Virus record (IMG/VR): IMGVR_UViG_3300021091_000011
DNA: 64,000 bases
DNA from: a virus
Taxonomy: Duplodnaviria > Caudoviricetes
Strand: one strand, 5' to 3'
In this document: piece by piece, positions 17,591-26,656 of the stretch
Position numbering within the stretch: position 1 is the first letter of the stretch
How the letters are laid out: each line of letters begins with the position of its first letter
Translations under genes and position numbers: made by a program
Notes under the pieces: model-generated
Database searches by the model: none
What the model saw: the letters and a program-made list of their open reading frames with translations, nothing else
Told to the model about the DNA's origin: nothing

Positions 17591-19120
17591 TCAGAAATAC
17601 TTAGAAACGTCCGGAGCCGAATCCCACAACTTCGACAGGTCGTTGGAAGCCGAAGCCTCCTTCGTCACGCCGCCGCCGAGACGGGTCACGCCATTGGCGG
17701 GCTTGCGGGGCTGCGGACGGAACGAAGCCTTCTTCTCGGCCTTGGGAGCCTCATCCTCGGCCTCTTCCTCGGGCTTATCTTCAGCGGCCTTCTTGCCACC
17801 AAAGAGCTTCGCCATGAGGAAACGCTCGTCAGCGGACATTTCAACGTCCATGACGCCCATCGGGTCCTCGGCGAAATCACCGCCGAAATCGTCACCGAGC
17901 ATGGACTCAAGAACCTCGTCCTCAGACTCGGCCATATCGTCGGCTTCGGCTTCGGGCATCATGCCCTCTTCGGCCATCATCGACTCAAGAAGTTCCTGCT
18001 CGTGCTCGCCCCAAGCGGCCTTCTTCTTGGACTCGGCCTTGGGAGCCTCGACCTCGTCCTCGGCCTCTTCCTCGGCATCGGCCTCTGCCGCAAGGCGGCG
18101 AAGGCGAGCGAGACGCGCATTTACAGAAGCCTTCTTCTTGGACTCGGGCACTTCCTCGTCCTCGGCCTCTTCCTCGGCCTCAACCTCTTCCTTAGCCTTA
18201 GCGACAAGGCGGCGAAGGTGAGCAAGGCGAGCCTTGGCAGAAGCCTTCTTCTTGGACTCGGCCTTGGGAGCCTCGTCCTCGGCCTCTTCCTCGTCCTCGG
18301 CCTCTTCCTCTTCAGCCGCAAGGCGGCGAAGGTGAGCAAGGCGGGCCTTGACGGAAGCCTTCTTCTTGGACTCGGCCTTGGGAGCCTCGTCCTCGGCCTC
18401 TTCCTCGGCCTCGGCTTCCTCACCAGCGCGACGACGGAGACGGGCATACTTGCCCATGTGCTCGGTCTTCAGCATGGACTCAAGCAAAACTTCTTCTTCC
18501 AACTCATCCATCATGGACTCATCCATCATGGACTCATCCATCATGGACTCATCCATCATGGACTCGTTCATATCTTCCTCTGCGAGCATTTCTTCGAGAA
18601 GCATCTCGTCAAGGGATGCTTCCTCATGCTCATACTCACAACCTGCCGCAAGGCGGCGAAGGCGCGCGAGACGCGCATTTACAGAAGCCTTCTTCTTGGA
18701 CTCGGGCACTTCCTCGTCCTCGGCCTCTTCCTCGGCTTCCTCACCCGCAAGGCGGTTCAACGTCGCCGTGATCGCGCGGTTATCGAGGTCCATAAGCACA
18801 AGGGCCTGATCCTCGATCTGACGGACAGAGGCGCGCTTGCCGAGCATAGCGGACGCGATGCGAATGCACTTCGCGGCCTTACGCTCAAGCGAAGCCTGCT
18901 TGTTGTAAGCGGGCGACGCCGGACCCTCATCAGGATACGCGGGGTGCGCGCCCTGAGCATAAGGACCCTTGCGGGGGTCCTCGGCCCAAGACGAAGGATC
19001 GCCGTTCTCATAGGCGTCAGCCTCGGGATCAGCGCCCGGATAAGCGGGCGAAGCGGGACCCTCGTCGGGGTAGGCGGGATGGGCCGAAGCCTTACGGCCC
19101 CAAGTCATTCTCTGGCGCAT
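17591..19120 (-). CDS. Head scaffold protein, highly repetitive
   Basis: Acidic; repeated EEEAEDE..ESKKKAS.xARLA.LRRLAA; located between protease and capsid genes. Confidence 0.75.
   Translation of the reverse strand: MRQRMTWGRKASAHPAYPDEGPASPAYPGADPEADAYENGDPSSWAEDPRKGPYAQGAHPAYPDEGPASPAYNKQASLERKAAKCIRIASAMLGKRASVRQIEDQALVLMDLDNRAITATLNRLAGEEAEEEAEDEEVPESKKKASVNARLARLRRLAAGCEYEHEEASLDEMLLEEMLAEEDMNESMMDESMMDESMMDESMMDELEEEVLLESMLKTEHMGKYARLRRRAGEEAEAEEEAEDEAPKAESKKKASVKARLAHLRRLAAEEEEAEDEEEAEDEAPKAESKKKASAKARLAHLRRLVAKAKEEVEAEEEAEDEEVPESKKKASVNARLARLRRLAAEADAEEEAEDEVEAPKAESKKKAAWGEHEQELLESMMAEEGMMPEAEADDMAESEDEVLESMLGDDFGGDFAEDPMGVMDVEMSADERFLMAKLFGGKKAAEDKPEEEAEDEAPKAEKKASFRPQPRKPANGVTRLGGGVTKEASASNDLSKLWDSAPDVSKYF
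18502..18561. repeat. 15-bp tandem repeat x4 (MMDES)
   Basis: ACTCATCCATCATGG repeated four times. Confidence 0.95.
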
Positions 19121-19122
19121 CT

Positions 19123-20541
19123 TTACTCTCCTGCGCTAATGCGTGCCCGTCGAGCGAGCAAGGAGCCGATCCGAATGATCGCTCGGACTTCGGCGGTTGT
19201 AAGGAATCTGCCTGCTTTTTTACGGCAAGCAGCAAGGAACGATTGCGAACTAGCGTACTTGTTTATTGAACCGACGTTATAAGCCGTCCAATAAATATCG
19301 CTACGCAGATTTACCCCGTAAAGGGTGTTTACCGTGACGATGCCGGATACTAAGTCGGCTTGGCTACTTGCAACGCGAACCAAACGATTGATCGCGTTGG
19401 CATAGTCCAATCGGGCAGCGGCCATCTTCGTCACGTTTTCATTAGTCGAAGCAGAACCACCATCGGCAGGCGGCAAAGCCTGAGAAGGACCTTCGTCCTT
19501 TTTCGCTAACGACTTCTCAACACGCTTCACGACGCGGTCGCGCAAAGCCGTGTAGAGTTTTTCTTCGGCCTCATCTAACGGGTCTTTTTCAGCGGGCGCG
19601 GCGGCGGCGGCGGCATCACCACCGTCGCTTCCGTCACCGCCTAAGTCAAAAGCGTGATGAATCGAAGCCGCTTTCTTCGTCCCGACCGAGTCCCATTGGG
19701 GAGGGGGAGAAGAAAGAATCTCTTGGGCCTTTGCACCAATCGCGTCCATAGGATTCAGGATGTTCCGCATTACCGCGCCGGGAAAAGCGGGGACCGCCAC
19801 CCAAGAGGCTTCGATAAAGCGAACGCCACCTGTTTCATTCATAGACGTATGACCGCAAATCTCGGCCACTCGACGACGGTTGCCCTGATCGTCGATGAAG
19901 TAGTTGCCCTTCTCGTACTTGATGTGGTCACACAGTTGCGTTTCGTCTACGCCGACGTTGCCGCATTTCGTACATTGGGTCGCATCACAAATGCAGCCCA
20001 TCGAAAGCGTCGTCAGCGTACCGTTCTCGATCTGCTGAACAAGTGAGGCGTGCTTACGATCCGTGGCAACCAAGATATCAACGTAAATCGAATCGCCAAT
20101 GTCACGCGCCACGGCGTCGATGACGCGGCCTTTGGACTGCTCTTCGATTTGGACGTGCTCAAGGTAATTCTGAGCACCGACGAACGACCGATATGACTTT
20201 AACAACACATCGCGCGGGAACGCATCGTGATTGTTATTGATAAACTGATCGGTATTCGGCGTGACGAAATACTCGGACCAACGACGGTCAACCGTATTAG
20301 ACCCGATCTTGATCTTGCCCGTCTTGACGCCCGGCACAGGCTTGATATCGACCGAAGCGACGATAGTGCAATGGCTAATGAGATAACGAGCAGGGTCCAA
20401 AGGACCGCCCAAAATCTCTTGAGCCTGAGCCGAAACGCTCTTCGCCGGAGTCACCGAAGCGGTCTTACGCAGACCGCTCCAAGTAGCGGGACTAACGCTA
20501 GGGTGAACAACGACGGCGCGTGCAGTTTTTAGAAACGCCAT
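19123..20541 (-). CDS. Prohead (maturation) protease with Zn-ribbon insert
   Basis: NYLEHVQ...GRVIDAV, TLSMGC, CTKCGN...CDH, RFIEASWVAVPAFPGA (herpes/HK97-type protease motifs); TAATG coupling to the upstream gene. Confidence 0.75.
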   Translation of the reverse strand: MAFLKTARAVVVHPSVSPATWSGLRKTASVTPAKSVSAQAQEILGGPLDPARYLISHCTIVASVDIKPVPGVKTGKIKIGSNTVDRRWSEYFVTPNTDQFINNNHDAFPRDVLLKSYRSFVGAQNYLEHVQIEEQSKGRVIDAVARDIGDSIYVDILVATDRKHASLVQQIENGTLTTLSMGCICDATQCTKCGNVGVDETQLCDHIKYEKGNYFIDDQGNRRRVAEICGHTSMNETGGVRFIEASWVAVPAFPGAVMRNILNPMDAIGAKAQEILSSPPPQWDSVGTKKAASIHHAFDLGGDGSDGGDAAAAAAPAEKDPLDEAEEKLYTALRDRVVKRVEKSLAKKDEGPSQALPPADGGSASTNENVTKMAAARLDYANAINRLVRVASSQADLVSGIVTVNTLYGVNLRSDIYWTAYNVGSINKYASSQSFLAACRKKAGRFLTTAEVRAIIRIGSLLARRARISAGE

Positions 20542-21026
20542 TACTCGGACCACTTCCAATGATTCTGAATGTCCTCAAACCGAATCAGGAACATACATTG
20601 CGGGCAACCAAGCAAATGCTCGCTTGCGCCCTCAACGCGAGTGAACGTCGTCTTACGCATCGGAGATTCAGGGCAACGCGGGCAAAACACGGACTTCTGA
20701 TCGCATTCCGAGCGCGTAGCCCTATACTTGCGGTCTTTATTGGCCCAATACATGGCCACGACACGCCTAGAACTCGCGGTCTTAGCGACGACGGAGTTCG
20801 TAAAAGGCGGGGATACGTCGGGGTCAGATTGGACCACAAGAAATTCGACTGGTACGCGCTTGTTGCCAATCGGGAACTCAACGTCAACCATACCGATAGC
20901 TGGATACACCGCCGTAATACGACCGGACTGCGAGTTCAAAAGACCATAAGGAACAACGACGTCCCCGATAGCGAATTCATGCGCTCGGGTCTGGTATTTT
21001 ACGTTGTTTTCGGCCTTTTTACGCAC
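20541..21026 (-). CDS. Hypothetical protein with C-terminal zinc ribbon
   Basis: FCPRC...GCPQC; KTASSRRVVAMYW between the domains. Confidence 0.7.
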   Translation of the reverse strand: MRKKAENNVKYQTRAHEFAIGDVVVPYGLLNSQSGRITAVYPAIGMVDVEFPIGNKRVPVEFLVVQSDPDVSPPFTNSVVAKTASSRRVVAMYWANKDRKYRATRSECDQKSVFCPRCPESPMRKTTFTRVEGASEHLLGCPQCMFLIRFEDIQNHWKWSE

Positions 21027-21032
21027 GGTCGA

Positions 21033-22289
21033 TTACTTTTCGGTCAGCCAAGTGTGCGAAGCCTTCTTGCCTTGCTTGAGGGCATTCAGCACTTCGCTAC
21101 GGGAACTCTCAACCTTCTTAAACTTATTCTTGAGAAGGTTCGTCGCCGTTGTAAAGATCGAAACAAGTTTCGATACCGACTTGACGATGTAATCCTTGAA
21201 CTGAACGATGCTGTCGATCAAGCCCGCAGAACGGTAACTCGCAGACTTCATCAGCATCTCAGAGCCCTTGTAAGAAATGGTAAGAGGCTTATCCATTTCG
21301 CGCAAAGAGTCAACCGTCTGCGAGATAAACTGAGCGACCTCATCGCCATACTTGTTGGCGACGTCAATCAAAGTCTGCGCGTAAACCGCGTCAAGCGTGC
21401 GGGACTTAGCGACGGCTTGATACATTGCCGTTACTTCGAGCAGGCCGTCACGCGCCTTGAGAACGTAGTTACCGTGCTCCTTGAGAGCAGGGCGCATCGC
21501 TTCGGTCAAAACCTTGAGAGCCTTAGCCGCAGCGTCCTTAGACTCTTCGAGTTCTTGAAGTTCCTGCGCTGCAATCGCCTTGAGTTTTGCTTCTCTTTGA
21601 GCAACGGCTTGCTGAAGCTCGGTCAACTGTTTGACCAAACCCGCAAGTTGACCCGTCGTGTCATCTAACTCAATAGAGGGCATCTTGCTCTTATCCGAGA
21701 AACCACGGCTCGGGCCAGCGGCAAGAATATGGAGACCTTCTAACGCGGCCTTCTTCGCGTTGGGGGCGAAATACGGCTTCGCGCCAAGGGCTCCGGACTG
21801 ATGCGCGCCACGCAGTTCTTCGAACCGCTCCTGCGTGAAATGGTCGTCCATCCACGGCTCGTCGCTATCCAACATCTCAAGCGGACCAGGCACCTCTTCG
21901 CCAATCGTCGCGGCGTCGAAACCCGCACGGCGAGCGAAAGAAGCCTTCTTCTTGGACTCGGGAGCTTCCTCGTCCTCGGCCTCTTCCTCGGCATCGGCCT
22001 CTGCCGCAAGGCGGCGAAGGCGCGCGAGACGCGCATTTACGGAAGCCTTCTTCTTGGACTCGGGCACTTCCTCGTCCTCGGCCTCTTCCTCGTCGTCATG
22101 CTCGGAAGCCTGACGGGGGAAGTTATTGACCGCGCGAGTCTCAACTGCATCGCTCAACAGGTCGCAGCGGTACGCGAAATCAGCCGCGATACGACTATCG
22201 ACGCCAAGAATCTTGGGGTTCTCCTGAACCACGGTGGCAACCTGGTCTAGCATCGAAGTAAGGCGACGCGCGCCCTTACGAGTAAGCAT
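21033..22289 (-). CDS. Modular internal head/scaffold-related protein
   Basis: Shares the ESKKKASVNARLARLRRLAA module with the scaffold and LDSDEPWMDDHFTQE with 54361..54723; coiled coil. Confidence 0.7.
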   Translation of the reverse strand: MLTRKGARRLTSMLDQVATVVQENPKILGVDSRIAADFAYRCDLLSDAVETRAVNNFPRQASEHDDEEEAEDEEVPESKKKASVNARLARLRRLAAEADAEEEAEDEEAPESKKKASFARRAGFDAATIGEEVPGPLEMLDSDEPWMDDHFTQERFEELRGAHQSGALGAKPYFAPNAKKAALEGLHILAAGPSRGFSDKSKMPSIELDDTTGQLAGLVKQLTELQQAVAQREAKLKAIAAQELQELEESKDAAAKALKVLTEAMRPALKEHGNYVLKARDGLLEVTAMYQAVAKSRTLDAVYAQTLIDVANKYGDEVAQFISQTVDSLREMDKPLTISYKGSEMLMKSASYRSAGLIDSIVQFKDYIVKSVSKLVSIFTTATNLLKNKFKKVESSRSEVLNALKQGKKASHTWLTEK

Positions 22290-22324
22290 GATCAACTCCG
22301 AAGTGAAAAGAGGCGTCACCGCCG

Positions 22325-25300
22325 TTAGTAAGAAACCCTTATAGAATACCTACCGATATTTTCAATGTAGCGGCTTGCAACCCGATGCGCTTGGGCGCGA
22401 GCTTCACGCCTTATTTTCGTCCTTATGCTGATGTCCTTACTGAATGACTTTGCTTTATTCCACAAAGCGGCCATGATTTTGTGGTACCGCTCCATCGAGT
22501 CTTGAACCCTTTTGAGGTTTTTATTGTCGGTAAACCACTTCTTCTTAGAAGTGATGCTATTCAAGTCGTCGTGCAACTCGCTTCTGGCTTGGTCTAGTTC
22601 AGGGTTGAAACTTGAACCTTCCAACTCGCTGAACCTAAACTGCGCGGTCAATGAACCGAGAACCTGATCACGAATGAACTTGCGGGCTGCGGGTGCTGAG
22701 TAAGACTCGAAAACGGAAGCGGCAATGTCTTTCATAGGGTCTTTTTCAGGCAAAAACTCGGCTAGTTCTTCGTCAGTCAGGTTTGCGTAAGCGGCGGCGG
22801 CTTTCGATGTGAGGTTTTGCAGTTTTTCTGCGTTCGTCTTGCCAACGTCGCTTGAGGTATCGAGAAAGTCTTGCGCCAAGCCCATGCGATCCGCTGCACG
22901 GATGGCGTTCGCCACAACGGGGGATATACCCTCGACCTTCTCGCCAGGAGCAGTCTTGGTGATCTGGTAAATCTTGAGCGCATTGTACGCCGCAGAAGCC
23001 TTAGCGTGGGCGACGCTATTTTCAGGCAGCGAATTGATCTTAGCGTAAAGCCTGTCCGCATGGCTCTTGGCTTCTTCAGCGGGCATCTTACTTTTGACGA
23101 GTTCTTGGTATTTCGATCTAGCGAAACTATCGTCCTCGCGGGCTTGATCTTCGGGGCTGTTGATGCTTGCAGCCCTATCCTCTGGAATCGAGAAACGAGT
23201 CATCGGATCGTTATTCTTGTAGTTCGCCGCGAGCACGGCTGCGTGCTTTGCCGCTTCTTCAGGATTAGTAGACTTACGCTTTTTCGATGCGTCGCTCGAA
23301 AAGTAAGCCTTTGCTTCATCTACTTTTTTGGCGAAAACTTTTTCTTTAGCAGGGTCACTAAGGCTATCCACGGCTTCTTGCGAAGCCGTGACAACGCTAT
23401 CTTTCAATTTCTGACGGAATATCTCTTGAGAGAATGGGGGAAGTGATTTGAGAAACGAGTTGACGGAGCGGTACTCATCGGCATCTGTGAAATCTTCGAA
23501 CAATTTTTCGATTTGGCGTTCAATGGTTTTTGGCGTCTTGTTACCCAACTTTTGTTTTTCAAACAGCAACACGCTTAGAGCGTGGGTTGCCTTTTCGGGG
23601 TCGATGTTCTCGTCATCACTCATCTCTTCGAGTTGCTTTCGGGCAACCGAAAACTCTTCGTTGATTTGCTTTTGGTCGGCATCTTTCAATAATTCATTGA
23701 TAGAAGTGAACTTTTCCGACACATTCTTCATTAGATCCTCACCATCGTCGAAATAATCGACAATGGCGCGAAGCTCATAGCTGAGTGACTTCTTGAATTC
23801 GTCGAATGTCTTTTTGAACTTCGACTCTGGCGACTCCATAGGCTTAGGCTTGGATTCGGTGGCCGGAGCGGGTTCAGGGGACGGTGTAGATTCGGGCTCG
23901 GATTCGGGCTTGCCGATCAGGGGGCTAGGGTCTTTGGGTTCCGCAGCCCCATCCGTTTCGGCGCTAGGTGCGGACTCAGGAGCCGGAACGGACGTCGGCT
24001 CGGTAGTCGGCTTAGAGTCATCCGACTTAGGCTTTTTGGACTTCAACCACTTCTGATACAGGTCTTCGTAGACCTGATACTCTTGCTCTTCGCCCTTATT
24101 GGTCTTACTAGCGAGGGTCTGCAAAAGCACTTCACGTTTCGAGACAGGATTCTTAACCTTATTAGTGCCGTACTGTTTGAGGAACTTGACTCTGTTATCC
24201 TCTTCCTCGGACTTCTTGCCCTTTTGCCTAGCAATCCTGACGGCCAAATGCCTTACGACGACACTCTGGATAAGTGCGGCGTCTTTGTAGTTCTTAGACC
24301 GATCCTTCTTGTCCTGCTTCTCGTCGGAATCATCGCCACCGCGCGTGTCTCGATCCTCGACGTCTCTGCGGCGCAGGTCTTGGCGGGGCGGCTTGAACTT
24401 CGTGTCCTTTTGGATCAGCCGCTTATCCTCGCGCTCTTCCTTTTCGGACTCTTCCAACGTAGCGGTCTTGGTCGTCGCCAAAGCATACTCGACCAATCGC
24501 GCCCAAGCGGGATATCGACGTTGTACGTCACCGTCTATGAAATACGACGCGAAAGAATCCGCGAACGCCTCGCCCATGTTGTTTTGAGCGAAAGGCAACG
24601 GCTCGGCATCGCCCCAAACGTCAACGCCAAGTGGTTCTGCGGCTTTAGTCAAACTGAAGTCGCCCTCTATGACGTGGCCGATTTCATGGGCGAACACGAA
24701 GTCTTTGATGTCGGGGGACAAGTCCCAAAACTTCGGATACAGGTGGATTACGCCGGATTTGACGCTGGCCTCTGGATGGCTACTAGAGCCTGAAACGCCA
24801 AAGACTCGATTGACCTTGGCTTTCGAGTATCGGGCCAACTTGGGGTGCCGACGAAAGAAACCTTGAACCCAAGCCTTCGTCTCGTCATCACCGCCAACAA
24901 GAACAGTCGCCCCCGCTTTCTTATCCAAGCGGTCTGCAACCGTCCCGTCGTGCAGATATGACTCTTCGATCACGGGCGCGAGATACTGCGAACGTAAGGT
25001 CGAAGCCTCATGGCCCACGGCTTCAGCGGCCTGCTCAATGGCTTTCTTGAACTCGTCCTTGAGGATTTTGTCTTTCTCTTTTCGGGCACGGGGTAGTTCC
25101 GGTCCCTCAGACCTGATTTTTTTAAGTGCCGCACGGACTTCATCGTTTGCGTGAAGACCACGCAGGTCTTTCGCCGTGATCCCATACGGCTCAAGGTATT
25201 CGTTCACGTCGCTCGCATTGACGATGCAATCATCGCCGTCACAAAGAATGCGGTCCTCGGGCTTCTTGCCCTTCGTCGCATCTTTGAGTGCGGAGACGAG

Positions 25301-25735
25301 TTTGGCGTCGCTGACGGTTTTGTTGTGCTTGACGCCTGACTTGCCCGTGTAACTAATCTCAGCCTTATTGCCCTTGAACTTGACGTGACGGACTTCCCAC
25401 ACGGTCACGCCGTAGTGCCCATTGTCATCTGCCGAATCGACGTTGCCGACACGCTCGTAAGTATGGTCGATCAAACCGACCGCTAATGCGGTCAGCCGCT
25501 TCATCGGGTCTTTGTCGCCCAATGCCTTTTTGTAGGCATCACGCAAGTCCGGCAACTTGGGCAGGAAATTCTGAATGCGCTCGGCTTTTTCCTTATGCCG
25601 ATTCGCAACTTGGCGTGGGCCGTACTCGTAGATTGTAGTCTCGCCGCCGTCTTGCGACTTGACCTTCTTCTTCTTCTGGTACTTCGCGGCGACCCGCACA
25701 GGGGAGAGGGTCGAGTTAGCGTCGTGCGAGTGCAT
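22325..25735 (-). CDS. Multidomain protein: topoisomerase IB + zincin (HExxH) metallopeptidase + unknown domains
   Basis: TopIB pentad ERVGN, YTGKSG, KDLR, VGH, RSQY; FAHEIGH...EAFADSF. Confidence 0.8.
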   Translation of the reverse strand: MHSHDANSTLSPVRVAAKYQKKKKVKSQDGGETTIYEYGPRQVANRHKEKAERIQNFLPKLPDLRDAYKKALGDKDPMKRLTALAVGLIDHTYERVGNVDSADDNGHYGVTVWEVRHVKFKGNKAEISYTGKSGVKHNKTVSDAKLVSALKDATKGKKPEDRILCDGDDCIVNASDVNEYLEPYGITAKDLRGLHANDEVRAALKKIRSEGPELPRARKEKDKILKDEFKKAIEQAAEAVGHEASTLRSQYLAPVIEESYLHDGTVADRLDKKAGATVLVGGDDETKAWVQGFFRRHPKLARYSKAKVNRVFGVSGSSSHPEASVKSGVIHLYPKFWDLSPDIKDFVFAHEIGHVIEGDFSLTKAAEPLGVDVWGDAEPLPFAQNNMGEAFADSFASYFIDGDVQRRYPAWARLVEYALATTKTATLEESEKEEREDKRLIQKDTKFKPPRQDLRRRDVEDRDTRGGDDSDEKQDKKDRSKNYKDAALIQSVVVRHLAVRIARQKGKKSEEEDNRVKFLKQYGTNKVKNPVSKREVLLQTLASKTNKGEEQEYQVYEDLYQKWLKSKKPKSDDSKPTTEPTSVPAPESAPSAETDGAAEPKDPSPLIGKPESEPESTPSPEPAPATESKPKPMESPESKFKKTFDEFKKSLSYELRAIVDYFDDGEDLMKNVSEKFTSINELLKDADQKQINEEFSVARKQLEEMSDDENIDPEKATHALSVLLFEKQKLGNKTPKTIERQIEKLFEDFTDADEYRSVNSFLKSLPPFSQEIFRQKLKDSVVTASQEAVDSLSDPAKEKVFAKKVDEAKAYFSSDASKKRKSTNPEEAAKHAAVLAANYKNNDPMTRFSIPEDRAASINSPEDQAREDDSFARSKYQELVKSKMPAEEAKSHADRLYAKINSLPENSVAHAKASAAYNALKIYQITKTAPGEKVEGISPVVANAIRAADRMGLAQDFLDTSSDVGKTNAEKLQNLTSKAAAAYANLTDEELAEFLPEKDPMKDIAASVFESYSAPAARKFIRDQVLGSLTAQFRFSELEGSSFNPELDQARSELHDDLNSITSKKKWFTDNKNLKRVQDSMERYHKIMAALWNKAKSFSKDISIRTKIRREARAQAHRVASRYIENIGRYSIRVSY

Positions 25736-25765
25736 GACCGTAGCGCGTGATAGCCGTTTTAGCGG

Positions 25766-26653
25766 CTAGATTTTGACGATCTTGATGTCGAAGTCTTCGT
25801 CGCTGTCCACGTCAACATACTCAATGACGCGGAGTTTCAGTTTCGGCTTTCGACTCTTCGGGAGTTTGTTCTCGTACCCCTCAAACTCCATCATATCGGG
25901 GATAATGTAGAACACGAGTTCCAAATCGGTCAGGTTGAGAACCATTTGGCTCGTCGTGCTCATGTTGTCCGTGTGCCGAACTATATTATTTGGGTTGGCG
26001 CGGTCATCCATTCGGGCGACCATAAGTGCGGTCGCTAAGTCATCAGGAGATTCGGCGTCACGGAGCGTCTTGCGGGCCGTATCTCTCCTAATGACGGACG
26101 ACTCGTAGTTTGGTCCGTCGGTGTAGCCCGCGTTGTCGTAGTAAATGCCGTGGTTGGTGCGAACCACCATCTTGCCTTCGGGCACCTTGCGAGAACGAAA
26201 CTCGTGCTTGCGCGTGCCTTCGATAGAATACGTCGTATTCTTGTCTGCGACGATGGTGTGGCCCTTTATGCCGCCTTCATACGTCTTAGCAGACTCCACG
26301 GCTTCTTCCAAAGAATCAGACTCAAGTATCTTCAAGATGCGCGGGCCGTCTTTAGACTTCTTGCCCTTGGACTTAACCACTCTTTGTTCAGACTCATCGC
26401 GGGCAACTTGCAAGGCCGAGTTAACGACGCCAATGCCGTACTCGTTCAAACCCTCGCACCAGTCCGTAGTGACGTCGGTCATATATAAGACTTCGATGCC
26501 CTCACGGACTTCGTGTATGATCTTGACCTTTGGCGTGTAGTTCCGGTCACGGTTCTTGAGCAGGCATTTCTTTTTGCCCCACTTACCGACCGCGATGATG
26601 CAAGCCTGCCGAAGTAAGTGCGCCGTGACGATCCTCGGGATAGACGGCTTCAT
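25766..26653 (-). CDS. Ntn-hydrolase (C45/C59/C69-like) with 17-aa leader
   Basis: RQA|CIIAVG, LKNRD, EGLNEYGIGVVN, VRTNHG. Confidence 0.75.
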   Translation of the reverse strand: MKPSIPRIVTAHLLRQACIIAVGKWGKKKCLLKNRDRNYTPKVKIIHEVREGIEVLYMTDVTTDWCEGLNEYGIGVVNSALQVARDESEQRVVKSKGKKSKDGPRILKILESDSLEEAVESAKTYEGGIKGHTIVADKNTTYSIEGTRKHEFRSRKVPEGKMVVRTNHGIYYDNAGYTDGPNYESSVIRRDTARKTLRDAESPDDLATALMVARMDDRANPNNIVRHTDNMSTTSQMVLNLTDLELVFYIIPDMMEFEGYENKLPKSRKPKLKLRVIEYVDVDSDEDFDIKIVKI

Positions 26654-26656
26654 GAC

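Noticed and set aside
18002-21668. Long plus-strand ORFs 18002..19282 and 20520..21668
   Set aside because: Mirror images of the scaffold and head-gene repeats; no independent coding signal.
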